Positions 10,844 through 20,998 are shown, counted from the stretch's first letter. The stretch is 28,987 nt of DNA from an uncultured Nitrososphaeraceae archaeon (GCA_963765895.1 CAVXZB010000052.1:1-28987); one strand, 5' to 3'. Numbers and translations: made by a program. Notes: a model not told the origin generated them from the sequence alone.

Positions 10844-13040
10844 CTATCTGTAATGTGATAAAGTCGTTACACGCTCCTCAGGCCTTCTTTCCCTTTGTAT
10901 CTTTATCTTTTTAACTGCGTCTTCAAAATGTCGCATTGAAATAAGAGCATCTGAAGCATGTTTGGCTGCTTCTTCTGGCGTAGTATATTTTTGAAGATAC
11001 TCATGTAGTACTATGGAAATAGCAGTATTAGCCACCCCTGTTATATCTGCACCACTAAATCCTTCTGTTATTTCAGATATCTTCCTAAAATCTATACCTT
11101 GTCCTAAAGGTTTACCCCTTGTATGTATTTGAAGAATTTTCTCCCTTGTATTCATGTCAGGGTTTGGTACAAATATTATCTTGTCAAATCTTCCAGGTCT
11201 TAGTAATGCAGCGTCAATCATGTCTACTCTATTCAGTAGCGGCAATTACCACTACTCCTTGTAACTCTTGTATTCCATCCATCTCCGTTAATAATTGAGA
11301 TAGCATTCTATCTGAACTACCACTACCACCATATCCTCCACCACTATCTGTTCCGCCCATGCCTCCTCTTGTAAGAGCAATAGAGTCTATCTCATCAAAG
11401 AATACTACACATGGAGCCGCTTGCCTTGCCCTTCTGAATATTTCCCTCATCCCTCTCTCTGATTCACCTACCCATTTTGATATTAATTCAGGTCCCTTTA
11501 CACTGATAAAATTAGCTTCAGACTCTGTTGCAACAGCTTTTGCTAGCAATGTCTTACCAGTTCCAGAAGGACCATGTAATAGTATGCCTTTTGTAAGAGT
11601 GTGTTTAAGTTCCTTGTACAGATCAGGATATCTCAACGGCCATTCAACTGCCTCTTGTAATTCACGTTTTATGTCTTCTAGACCGCCTATAGATGTCCAA
11701 GGAATATCTGGAGATTCCAAATAAACTTCCCTCATAGCCGATGGCATTACTTCCTTTACTGCATTTTCAAAATCATTCATAGTGACTATTAGCTTGTTTA
11801 AAACCTCTGGTGCGAGCTTCTCATCTTCTAAATTGAGCTCTGGCAGCAATCTTCGTAAGCATTTCATGGCCGCCTCTTTACACAGGTATTCTAGATCTGC
11901 ACCTACGAATCCATGAGTCACGGCTGCTACTCTATCTTGATCAACATCTGTATCCAGTGGCATATTATGAGTGTGAATTTGTAATATCTCAAGCCTTCCT
12001 CGCTTGTCAGGAACTTTTATCTCTATTTCTCTGTCAAATCTACCTGGCCGCCTTAAAGCAGGATCTAACGCGTTTGGTCTGTTTGTAGCTGCAATCACGA
12101 TTACTTTACCTCTTGCCTCCAAACCGTCCATTATTGATAATAATTGAGAAACCACTCTTCTCTCAACCTCGCCGGTTACTTCTTCTCTTTTTGGGGCTAT
12201 AGAGTCAATTTCATCTATAAATATTATAGATGGAGCTTTTTCCTTAGCTTCTTTGAAGATTTCTCTCAACCTAGCTTCAGATTCTCCATAAAATTTGCTC
12301 ATTATTTCAGGACCAGAAATACTGATAAAATGAGCATTTGTCTCGTTAGCTACAGCTTTTGCTAGTAATGTTTTACCTGTACCAGGAGGTCCATATAACA
12401 AGACTCCCTTTGGAGCTTCAATCCCAAGTTTCTCAAATATTTCTGGATGTCTTAGCGGAAGCTCAATCATTTCCCTAACCTTTTGGATTTCCTCCTTTAA
12501 TCCGCCAATGTCTTCATATGCCACATTAGTAATTCCTCTTGCTACTTCACCCTTTTCTGATATCTGAAACACTGTCTTTTGCGTTACCAAAATTGCGTCC
12601 GCAACTGGAGTTACGCCTATAACTTGGAAAGTAAGTCTTCCACCAAAATATGGAACCATCACGTTATCTCCCTTAATGAGTGGAACGCTCTCCAAGGCAT
12701 CTGCTAGGTATCTTTCATCTATAGAAGGTATTGTTTCCAAAGGTGCAACTATTACTTTTTCAGCTGGAACTGCTTTAATCTTTCTTACTACTACAGTATC
12801 TCCTATTGCCACTCCTGCATTATTCCTCACCAGACCATCTACTCTGATAATCCCTTTACCTTCATCTGAAGGGTAGAGAGGTAAACATTTGGCAACAGTT
12901 CTACGTTTGCCTCTAATCTCTATAACATCCCCAGTAGAGGCGCTTAAAGAATCCATAGAGTCATAGTCAATACGTGCTACGCCACGGCCAACATCTCTTG
13001 TATAGGCTTCCAATACCTTTAGAGTATGATCATCAGTCAT
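10844..13040 (-). CDS. cdc48: CDC48/VAT-family AAA ATPase, one apparent frameshift near 11235
   Basis: N-domain [11 protein letters not shown], two Walker A motifs ([16 protein letters not shown]), Walker B IDEID/FDEID and RPGRFD twice. IAAT joins NRVDM after removing one base. Confidence 0.93.
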
Positions 13041-13097
13041 GTCTAACGCACCTTCTCAATAGCGCTTTATACACGTTTCATAGCCCATGGCCTGATC

Positions 13098-13120
13098 TAT
13101 TTAGATATTTAGATATTTAG
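13098..13120. repeat. Three tandem copies of TATTTAG(A) abutting the IS left end
   Basis: tatttaga tatttaga tatttag read directly. Confidence 0.85.
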
Positions 13121-14070
13121 GGCTGTGTAGAAACCATCTCATACAGTCAAAGCTTTGTAAGAGTATAATACCAATAGTCTATTGAAAGAATCAATGTACG
13201 TCAGACTTGCAGGTACTATGTTCCGTGTTTTGAAGCATGCAAGGATTCCTCTATTTTCTAACAGGAAAAGTAATCACATATTTACAATATGGCAGCACAT
13301 AGTTCTAGTTGCTATACGACAGTATGAAGGTAAGAGTTATAGGATGTTTGTCGAGTGGTTAGTCGAGGCATATTACCTTAGATCGTACCTACGATTGTCA
13401 CGTATTCCTCATTTTACAACATTGCAAAAGTTTACAGACAGAATTAGCAATTCACTGCTTGAGAAGATAATTTCGTCATTCATTGTAATTAGCTGTACGA
13501 AGCATATCTTTGTAGGAATAGATTCAACAGGATTTAAAATAACTCATGCTTCACAGTATTATGATGAACGAATAGAAGCAAGAAGAAAATATGCGAAATT
13601 ATCTATTAGAGCCGATGTATTACAACAGATTATCTGCAACATAAGGATAAGACGAGCTCCTACAAGACATGATAATGTAGATTTCAAGCCAATCATAACA
13701 AGGACGTCAAATATCCCTTCCACTATCCGTAGTTACAGCTGATAAGGGATATGATAATGAAGATAATCATCAGTTGGTAAGAGAAACCTTGCATGCATTC
13801 AGTGTTATTCCAGACTCGATATGAACATGTACCGATATGGAGAACACATGGCAGATATAGAAAGCAGATGAAACGTGGATATAACGAACTATTGTACAAT
13901 CAACGAAACAAGGATGAGACCATAATGTCTGTCATAAAACGACTATTTGGAGAATATATTTCTTCAAGGCTAGTAAAAACACAGAACAGGGAACTATCAT
14001 TCAGATGCATAGCCTATAACATGCACAGGCTAACGAATATTGTCATTTTTGTGATGATTTCTACATGGCC
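13121..14070 (+). mobile_element. IS5/IS4-like insertion sequence, ~950 bp
   Basis: Imperfect terminal inverted repeats GGCTGTGTAGAAACCATCTC (13121-13140) and revcomp of 14051-14070, GGCCATGTAGAAATCATCAC (16/20 match), enclose a DDE transposase. Confidence 0.88.
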
Positions 14071-14080
14071 GTTATTTTAG
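13182..14080 (+). CDS. DDE transposase (IS5-family-like), two apparent +1 frameshifts (~13716, ~13814)
   Basis: IPHFTTLQKF, IDSTGF, ADKGYD (in the intervening frame) and RNKDET. The stop codon lies just outside the right TIR. Confidence 0.88.
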
Positions 14081-14408
14081 TAAAAATTAAATATAATGTG
14101 AGATATCATTAGGTAGTAGCAAACTATTTTGATTATAACTCTCATTATTACCATTTCTGTAGTCAGAATGATTATGTTAACCCAGATTTTGAAAAAAGAG
14201 CAAGATTTGGCTGGATTAACGTTAGCACCAATAGTTACTAATATAAGATATAGTGTATAATATTACTTACACCTTACACTAGTTATATAGACAAACAAAC
14301 AATATGACATGCTTTAATTTGACATCTAATCCTGAAGAGAAATCTCTATCTTGGTGCTAAAAACGAGACGTCAAAGTGTATTACTACTATCATTATTGTT
14401 TCGAGTCC

Positions 14409-14540
14409 TGGCCTGCGCAGCAGGACTATGCTTTGGCAGATCTTTATTCATGGCTTGCAACTCATTCTGGATTTACAAATCATGCTGCCACGCGGCTGGC
14501 TACTATTTCTATGCCATCCTCTAGCTCTACTGCTAAATAA
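14409..14540 (+). pseudogene. Possible C-terminal remnant of a paralogous alpha/beta hydrolase
   Basis: Frame reads PAQQDYALADLYSWLATHSGFT...SSSSTAK*, resembling GPIQQSVLEGLFGWL at the end of the neighbouring hydrolase. Confidence 0.4.
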
Positions 14541-14829
14541 AAACCTGAAAATAATGCATGCGCATCTTTTGGTAGCATTCTAACAGATAATCACTACAAG
14601 GACGGAATTTTTCATTCAGCTATAGTGTCCCTAGAATCTGGACTGAAAGAAATTTATCCCCTTAGTAGTATGCTTTTTAGTTCTAGTAATTCAGGCATAT
14701 AGATAAAATGAAACTTAATCAGATTAATATTAGTCGTAATGATTATAATAAACACTGGGCCAGCTTCGAAACGAAAATAATGATATACAAAGGGGTAGTT
14801 TTTCTTTCACCCCCTCACAGAAAGAAATT

Positions 14830-15437
14830 TTCCCCCTTACTAGTCAGGAATTAGAGCAGAACCTGTACTTCATAATATCACATTTACAGGAGCCCATTTT
14901 CCCAAGAAATATAATGACCAAAGGCTCTTGGTTACCAGAAAGAAGTGTTCAACATAAAGGAAGTCCTTGAATATTTTAGGCATCAAACTATGAGGATTGT
15001 AGAATCAATGCTTATCCTTCCTTTACTAAATACGATGGCATTAATAGAACTCCACCAACTTTTCTAATTATAGATATAGATCTAAAGGACTTTGTTTCGA
15101 AAGATAAACTTGATAGGGCGTTGATCAGAATCTTAGAAAATTAAAACTAGTATACACTGCCATCCTACAGTATTATGGACTGGCAACGGCTATCATATTT
15201 ACCACCGGTGACAGGATTTATCTTAGAAGAGGAAGAAGTGTTTGCAAAGTTTATAGATCCTAATGGAAGAGACCTCACCAGTAAATTCATGCAATTTGCA
15301 GAGGATTTTCTTACGAATAAAAAAGGAGATCGGCAACATAGACCATCCATAAACTCATGTTTGGTTAGGATTCCAGGAACGATAAATTCAAAGTCTGGAC
15401 AGGTAGTTAGGGTAATGCAACGATGGGATGGTCAAAG
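14830..15437 (+). pseudogene. Archaeo-eukaryotic primase (AEP/prim-pol)-like gene, frameshifted and 3'-truncated
   Basis: Joined frames read FIISHLQEPIFPR...EDCRINAYP...FLIIDID (motif I, 15073-15081), HPTVLWTGNGYH (motif II, 15161-15196) and LVRIPGTINSK. Ends at RWDGQR where the hydrolase begins. Confidence 0.72.
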
Positions 15438-16716
15438 ATGTCATTAAAGATAGTAGCGATAGTTCTTTCTGCCTGTGCTCTATGCTTCTTATTTTGTGGT
15501 GTAGCTCTCACAGTTCAAGCTCAATCAGACTTGCAGACAACTAAACATAGAAATATAGCTATAGATTTGGGTAATGGTTTAAAGACAAATGCTAGGCTAA
15601 ATCTTCCAGCCTTTGGAAAAGTCACCATTTCCAGGTGTACTTCTTGTCCCTGGTTCTGGAACCACTGATATGAATGAAACTGGAGGCTATATTCGTATAG
15701 ATAACAAAACAGGCTCAATTATTTATCCGCCAGCTAGACCGTTCTTTGATATAGCTAAATATCTTTCAGAAAGAGGCTTTGCAGTATTACAGTATAACAA
15801 GAGAGGTTTTGGCGCGAATATGACACTATTGGATAGCAATGTATGGGGAAACATAACATCTAACAATCTGACACAAGATGCAGAGAAAGCCCTAGACGTT
15901 CTAATACAGCAACCAGAGGTTAATTCTAACCATGTAACTCTAGTTGGACATAGCGAGGGTACAGTGATTGTCCCAAGAATTGCAATTGCAATCAACAATC
16001 CAAATATAGTAGATAAAATTGTACTGATGGGGGCAGTGGCCCAGAACTTTAGTAAAATAGGAGACTCCCAGGCAGTTACGCTCCCATTACTCTACGCTCA
16101 GCAGGTTCTAGACCATAATCACAATGGATTACTATCAGTACAAGAAGCATCAAAGAATCCTGTTTTCAGCTCTATGGTCGGAAATCTTACTCTAGTTCTT
16201 GCTCAAAACATTACTACTGCCAATGGAACAGCCGAACGACTCAATCCCCAATATAATATTAACAATGACACCTTCATAAGTATTAATGATGAACTTAAGC
16301 CCCAGTTAATTGACCATCTCAAATCAATGTCAGTTGTAAAAAAAGGTGAGAAGTGTAACGATCTAAGAGTTCCGTGTCCTATTTGGATTACATCGTTTTG
16401 CTCTTCGATACCTAATTTGGATATCATAGGTAAAGTTCCGTCCACCACATCCATTTTAATAATGCAAGGAAAGAATGATTCACAAACCCCAATACGGCAA
16501 GCATTTCTATTACAACAAAGACTAACTGAAGTAAGACATCCTGATCATACATTGTTAACATATCCAAACCTTGGACATGACTTTTATCCCTCGTCTCAAT
16601 GGTCGACTGGTATCGGACCAATACAACAGAGTGTTCTGGAAGGCCTTTTTGGCTGGCTTTCAGATCCAGTCAGAGACTTTAAAGAATCTACCATTTTATC
16701 TTCGCAAAGACACTAA
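15438..16716 (+). CDS. Secreted alpha/beta-fold serine hydrolase, one extra base at ~15623
   Basis: Same protein as 2153..3430; GTCAC here versus GTAC in the intact copy. Confidence 0.85.
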
Positions 16717-16724
16717 GTTGTTAG

Positions 16725-17076
16725 CAAATTCCTAGGACTACTAATGGAAAACATGGCGGTGAAGCGGAGGCGCGCACAAACTCATATCCCCCGTTAGATG
16801 GCGTTTCATCAGTAGGTACAGGATACGAGACAGCCAAAGTCATCTCTGTAACCGATTTTTTCTACAAAGATCCAAACGCGCCATATACGCCACTTCCAGA
16901 ACACGATTTAGACCAGAGTCCATGCTGTCCTAGTATTGCTTTAAAGCAGGATTGTTATTACTGCAGGCTGCATCCTGACGTACAGAATGTACATCTAGAA
17001 TCTGTCGAGCATCATGTAAAGCACAAAGATCCTGACAAGCATAAATGAGTTATTAAAATTCCAAGGTTACTCATGA
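16725..17076 (+). pseudogene. Start-less remnant with a Cys/His-rich (putative Zn-binding) C-terminal domain
   Basis: Open frame 16725..17048, absent from the ORF track: ...YTPLPEHDLDQSPC...YYCRLHPDVQNVHLESVEHHVKHKDPDKHK, continuing NELLK after a shift. Resembles a domain I recall from Nitrososphaeraceae hypothetical proteins. Confidence 0.55.
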
Positions 17077-17187
17077 CTAACTGATTCCATGGATAAGTAA
17101 ATCTTCACGCCTAGATGCTAATTCCATAACAGAATTGATGACTCTACAAATTGATATCTATATATAGTAGCGTCTAGCTGACGTGGA

Positions 17188-17308
17188 CCAGCATATTAAT
17201 TCAGTCTATAGCCAAAGTTTTAACACATCGGACAATGTCAGGATTTTGACATGTCCTATATGTATATCGGAAAAATATCTTCTAATACAGATGTGCGGCG
17301 CGCCAAAT
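17188..17308 (+). repeat. Dispersed non-coding repeat, copy A (short form)
   Basis: ccagcatattaattcagt...tttaacacatcggaca...cggaaa...GGCGCGCCAAAT aligns with copies B and C. Confidence 0.7.
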
Positions 17309-17374
17309 TATAAATATTTCTAAAATGAGGCATCTCACGTATGGAGTAATATCTACGTATACTTGGACAATGCT

Positions 17375-18229
17375 CTACATCATCAGATTTTGCTTCATCA
17401 TTTTATAAAACTCTTCATCAGACATGTTCCTTTTATTCCCCAACAATTGTTCTACATCATTTCCAGCTAAATACCTGAGGCTAGGATTTTCATTTGTAGC
17501 TGCGTTAAGCACTATCTTTGCTACAAGATCAGGAGAAGATCCATTTTTCATCATTTCCTCCAAGCCAGTAACCATTTTCTGGATTATTTGAGAATATGGA
17601 GATTTTGGATCTTGAGATTTTCTTGCAATGACCATGCCGTCTACAAAGTTCGTTTTAATAACTCCTGGCTCCACTAAAACCACTTTTATACCAAATGGCT
17701 CCAATTCATATGACATAGATTCGCTTAGTCCTTCAACTGCAAATTTTGTGCTAACATAAGCCGAGCTCCCAGGAAGACCAAATCTTCCAACGCCAGAGCT
17801 AATATTTATGATCGTTCCTGATTTTTGTCTTCTCATAATCGGAAGGACTGCTTGAGTTGTTCTTATCAATCCAAACAAATTAGTTTCATATTGAGCTTTT
17901 ATCTCATCCATTGCAAGATCCTCAAAGGCACCGTTAAGTCCATATCCTGCGTTATTTACTAAGAGGTCTATACGTCCTGTCTCAGACGATATTGCTTCTA
18001 CTGCATTTTTGACAGATGTATCATCTGTAACATCAAGCTGTTTAATATGAATAGGTAAGTTTTCTTTAGTAGTGATCGATTCTATACTCTCACTTTTGTT
18101 AAGATTCCTCATTGTCGCATAAGTAAGAAAACCATTCCTTGCCAAGATTAGAGATGTTTCGTATCCTATCCCAGTTGAGCTACCCGTAACAACGGCAACC
18201 TTTTGATTGGATGAAGAGGAAGAAGCCAT
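17375..18229 (-). CDS. Classical short-chain dehydrogenase/reductase (17beta-HSD-like group)
   Basis: TGSSTGIG, NNAG, catalytic S and YVSTK, VEPG; intact 284 aa. Confidence 0.95.
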   Translation of the reverse strand: MASSSSSNQKVAVVTGSSTGIGYETSLILARNGFLTYATMRNLNKSESIESITTKENLPIHIKQLDVTDDTSVKNAVEAISSETGRIDLLVNNAGYGLNGAFEDLAMDEIKAQYETNLFGLIRTTQAVLPIMRRQKSGTIINISSGVGRFGLPGSSAYVSTKFAVEGLSESMSYELEPFGIKVVLVEPGVIKTNFVDGMVIARKSQDPKSPYSQIIQKMVTGLEEMMKNGSSPDLVAKIVLNAATNENPSLRYLAGNDVEQLLGNKRNMSDEEFYKMMKQNLMM

Positions 18230-18552
18230 TAGTATTACTACTCATTCTATGCATTATATTACTTAAGCTAGTGATTCTACAATTATCAAGTGAGACCAAA
18301 CTTGCATATTTTGCACTACCTATTATGAGTTGTTTATTCGGACATTGATTATATCCAGGCAGTATATAATTTCCGAAATGAATATGCGTGAATTTGTTCT
18401 AGTTGAGTCTTAGTCGCTTGTTGCTGACTGTCCCAGAAGATCATTACTTTCAGACTCATGATTCTCATTTCTATTCCTCTTTTCTGATGAAATCACTTTC
18501 ATCAATTAGTCTTCATATTAACCTTAGTACATGTTTAGCAATTCCTAAGTGA

Positions 18553-18684
18553 TCACTCACTCACTCACTCACTCACTCACTCACTCACTCACTCACTCAC
18601 TCACTCACTCACTCACTCACTCACTCACTCACTCACTCACTCACTCACTCACTCACTCACTCACTCACTCACTCACTCACTCAC
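18553..18684. repeat. (TCAC)33 perfect tetranucleotide microsatellite
   Basis: 132 bp counted directly; includes the stop codon of 18681..19082. Confidence 0.95.
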
Positions 18685-19082
18685 TCATTCTCATCGATCA
18701 GTTGTTGAACAAGCACTGAATCCAAGTAAGCTCGAACCTCGACAATCAAACCATCAACAAACCGTGTTATCCAGCAGAATCTTTGAGCATATGGCCGTCC
18801 ATTCAGAGCAACTGAAGTAGAAGTCATCTCTACAATAGCAGTATCAGTTGAAACGTATATGTAGTTTATCTTCATTATTACAGATCCTCCTTTTATAATC
18901 CTGGCTAAGCGCTCAAATGTATGCTTCAAAAAGTCAGCTTTACTGTTATATACACCAGCCAGCGGGTGTGTCCCCATCACCGTCCACTGTACGTCATCAG
19001 CTACGCTATCAAAAAAGACCCTTTGCCTTTCATTAGAAAGATTCTCATACAGCTTAGCGACAGAGTCAAGTGTAAGAGCCAT
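18681..19082 (-). CDS. SnoaL/NTF2-like (ketosteroid isomerase-like) protein
   Basis: ADDVQWTVMGTHPLAGVY...NGRPY...WITRF.DG.IVEVRAYLDS pattern. Confidence 0.9.
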   Translation of the reverse strand: MALTLDSVAKLYENLSNERQRVFFDSVADDVQWTVMGTHPLAGVYNSKADFLKHTFERLARIIKGGSVIMKINYIYVSTDTAIVEMTSTSVALNGRPYAQRFCWITRFVDGLIVEVRAYLDSVLVQQLIDENE

Positions 19083-19276
19083 ATATCTATCGAGAAAAAT
19101 TCGTAACTATGATATAATAATTGATATAATAATATGATGAATGCATCGCAATCCACCATATTAGATTCACGCATCCAAACGATCAATTTAACTAAAATTT
19201 AGGGACTAAAAAGCAATACAAACTCCATTAATGATTACAGGAAATTTGCAGTGTAGCATATATTGTCTCATGCTAG

Positions 19277-19478
19277 CCAACATATTTAGTTCTGTTAATA
19301 CCCAATATGTTTAACACCTCGGACATCTAGTATAATTATCCCGGAAATAGTGTTATGATTGGATATGCGGCATGCCAGATTATAAACACTATCAAAAATG
19401 GTGCATCAGGTATAGACGGGAGTTTTCGTAGACGGATATACAGTATGTATGTATGTCTATCATGAGGCGCGCACATTA
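19277..19478 (+). repeat. Dispersed non-coding repeat, copy B
   Basis: Colinear similarity with copy C over ~200 bp (tataattatc.cggaaa, tatcaaaaatg.tgc, tagac, atgaggcgcgc). Confidence 0.8.
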
Positions 19479-19498
19479 TACCTCTAGTTTGAATTATA

Positions 19499-19772
19499 TT
19501 AAGTGCAATTACACTCGGATACTTTAGTAATCAATTCATTAATCATCTTTTCATGCTGCAATACTAAGAGCATAGATAATGATTCACCGGGATAGTTTTC
19601 GCCTTTGGAGTTAACAGCTCTGATGTAGTCTTTATTTTGTCCACATTCAGAAAGCATCTTACCAAATAGAAGTGCATTTTCTTCTCAGAGCATATTCAAA
19701 GTCTTTCTGTGATTTGATCTCTTTAGCTAGGATACCAACGTTGCCATTCTCATTTTGTTCATTTTGGGACAC
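19499..19772 (-). pseudogene. Small helical protein resembling the PolB2-operon accessory family; one frameshift near 19682
   Basis: Not in the ORF track. Reads ...ILAKEIKSQKDFEYALR/EENALLFGKMLSEC...ESLSMLLVLQHEKMINELITK; family assignment from memory. Confidence 0.55.
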
Positions 19773-19861
19773 TCTATTATCTTGAACGTACATTCTTTTT
19801 AACTACAGAGCCTTTCGGGAACTGAGAACGCATAAATGGCAGTCCTAGATTCCACGGTCAC

Positions 19862-20257
19862 ATGGCTCTAGGAGATTTAGCATTCGAAGAAACTGGAAAG
19901 TTTGCAGGAATAAGGGCACTCCCCGACGGAAAGGTGGAAGCGACATATCAGGGAACTGGCAAATTGTTCGGTGTAGACTATTCATCTATCTATACCGGCG
20001 TCGCAAGCCCGCATGGAGGAACCTTGATTGCAGAGTTCAATGGAATCTGCACAACCAAAGATGGGGACACTGTTGGTGTGTGGGCTCATGGAAGGGGGCG
20101 ACCTACCGGAAGTGGCCTAAAGGCGAGCTGGCGAGGTGGAGTTATCTGGCAGGCTTCCTCGCCGCAATTTGCAAGGTTGAATAGCGTGCCAGGAGTGTGG
20201 GAGTTGGACATTGACGAAGGAGGTAACTTCCATTTGAAGGTTTGGGAATGGAAGTAG
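19862..20257 (+). CDS. Conserved hypothetical beta-rich protein, GC-richer than its flanks
   Basis: Intact 131-aa ORF ending KVWEWK; pyrimidine-rich tract downstream. Confidence 0.8.
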   Translation: MALGDLAFEETGKFAGIRALPDGKVEATYQGTGKLFGVDYSSIYTGVASPHGGTLIAEFNGICTTKDGDTVGVWAHGRGRPTGSGLKASWRGGVIWQASSPQFARLNSVPGVWELDIDEGGNFHLKVWEWK

Positions 20258-20506
20258 GGTTCCCGACACGAAGCTTAGCTAGCCGTTTCCTCTTCTCTCA
20301 TTTTCTTTCTTGTAGGAGGCGGACATTCCATTAGTAATTGCTGCCACCATAATAATTACCATTGTTACACTACACTTGTGACAAACCTGGTCCACTCAAA
20401 CGTCCACTCTGTCCACTCGTATAAATGAACTGAAGTCCATAACCTCTAATAATTCTTAATAGAAAATAGTTGGGAGCAATTTCCTTTGGTATTTCTTATT
20501 CTCTGC

Positions 20507-20998
20507 CTAAGCTGATACCACCATCTTCTTTTTACGTCGACGCTCCTCTACACTCTTTTCATATTGAATCTGCTGTCGTTCCCGCTTTTGGCCTGTATAC
20601 TCTTCATGTTTTTGACTTTTTTCTATAAAAGTAGCATCTTTATTGAGACGTTTTTCAGTTTCTTCTTTTTCCAAAATATTTTTTGGTTCTGACGGAGAAT
20701 TGTCAACGTAGTGTTTGTAACGCCTTTCGACCTCGTAATTATTCCCCTGAAGCACCTTTTCTATTGTATTATCCAGAGATTTCTTAATTCGTTCTTCGAG
20801 CTTGTCTGTTTCAAGGCATTGCGGATAAGTAGCTAGCAAGTATTCAAATTGTTTCATGTATTCTATTACTTTATCACGATATTCTTCCTTGGTAGGCTTG
20901 TGATTTTTTGTTATCTTGAACCATGTGGTTGCACATTGAGCAGGATACGCTTTCGCGAGTTCTTCAATTACACGATCCATTTCAAAATAGTCTAGCAT
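20507..20998 (-). CDS. Hypothetical protein, helical with charged C-terminal tail
   Basis: 163-aa ORF with plausible composition; N-terminal part resembles thaumarchaeal hypothetical proteins. Confidence 0.7.
   Translation of the reverse strand: MLDYFEMDRVIEELAKAYPAQCATTWFKITKNHKPTKEEYRDKVIEYMKQFEYLLATYPQCLETDKLEERIKKSLDNTIEKVLQGNNYEVERRYKHYVDNSPSEPKNILEKEETEKRLNKDATFIEKSQKHEEYTGQKRERQQIQYEKSVEERRRKKKMVVSA

Larger units (their letters stand above)
15177..18972 (+). repeat. Right arm of the large inverted repeat
   Basis: Reverse complement of 1..3691. Confidence 0.97.

Noticed and set aside
2248-12876. Antisense or overlapping ORFs (e.g. 2248, 2415, 2871, 3518, 4596, 5262, 5392, 5984, 8349, 11359, 12676) and their mirrors at 15.1-16.6 kb
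   Set aside because: Shadows of well-supported genes, with no motifs of their own.
3890-13040. Programmed frameshifting or true pseudogenisation of thiF, thrC, gdhA and cdc48
   Set aside because: The lesions are isolated 1-2 nt indels, mostly in homopolymers or at AGCT, with no in-frame stops or other decay; sequencing error is more parsimonious.
18300-18390. Very degenerate extra repeat copy upstream of the SDR (gcatatt...tcggaca...ccgaaa, with an attatat/atataat dyad)
   Set aside because: Only short word matches and no GGCGCGC end; it may simply be an operator.
18553-18684. CRISPR array or telomere-like repeat
   Set aside because: A pure 4-bp tandem with no spacers, no cas genes and an internal position.
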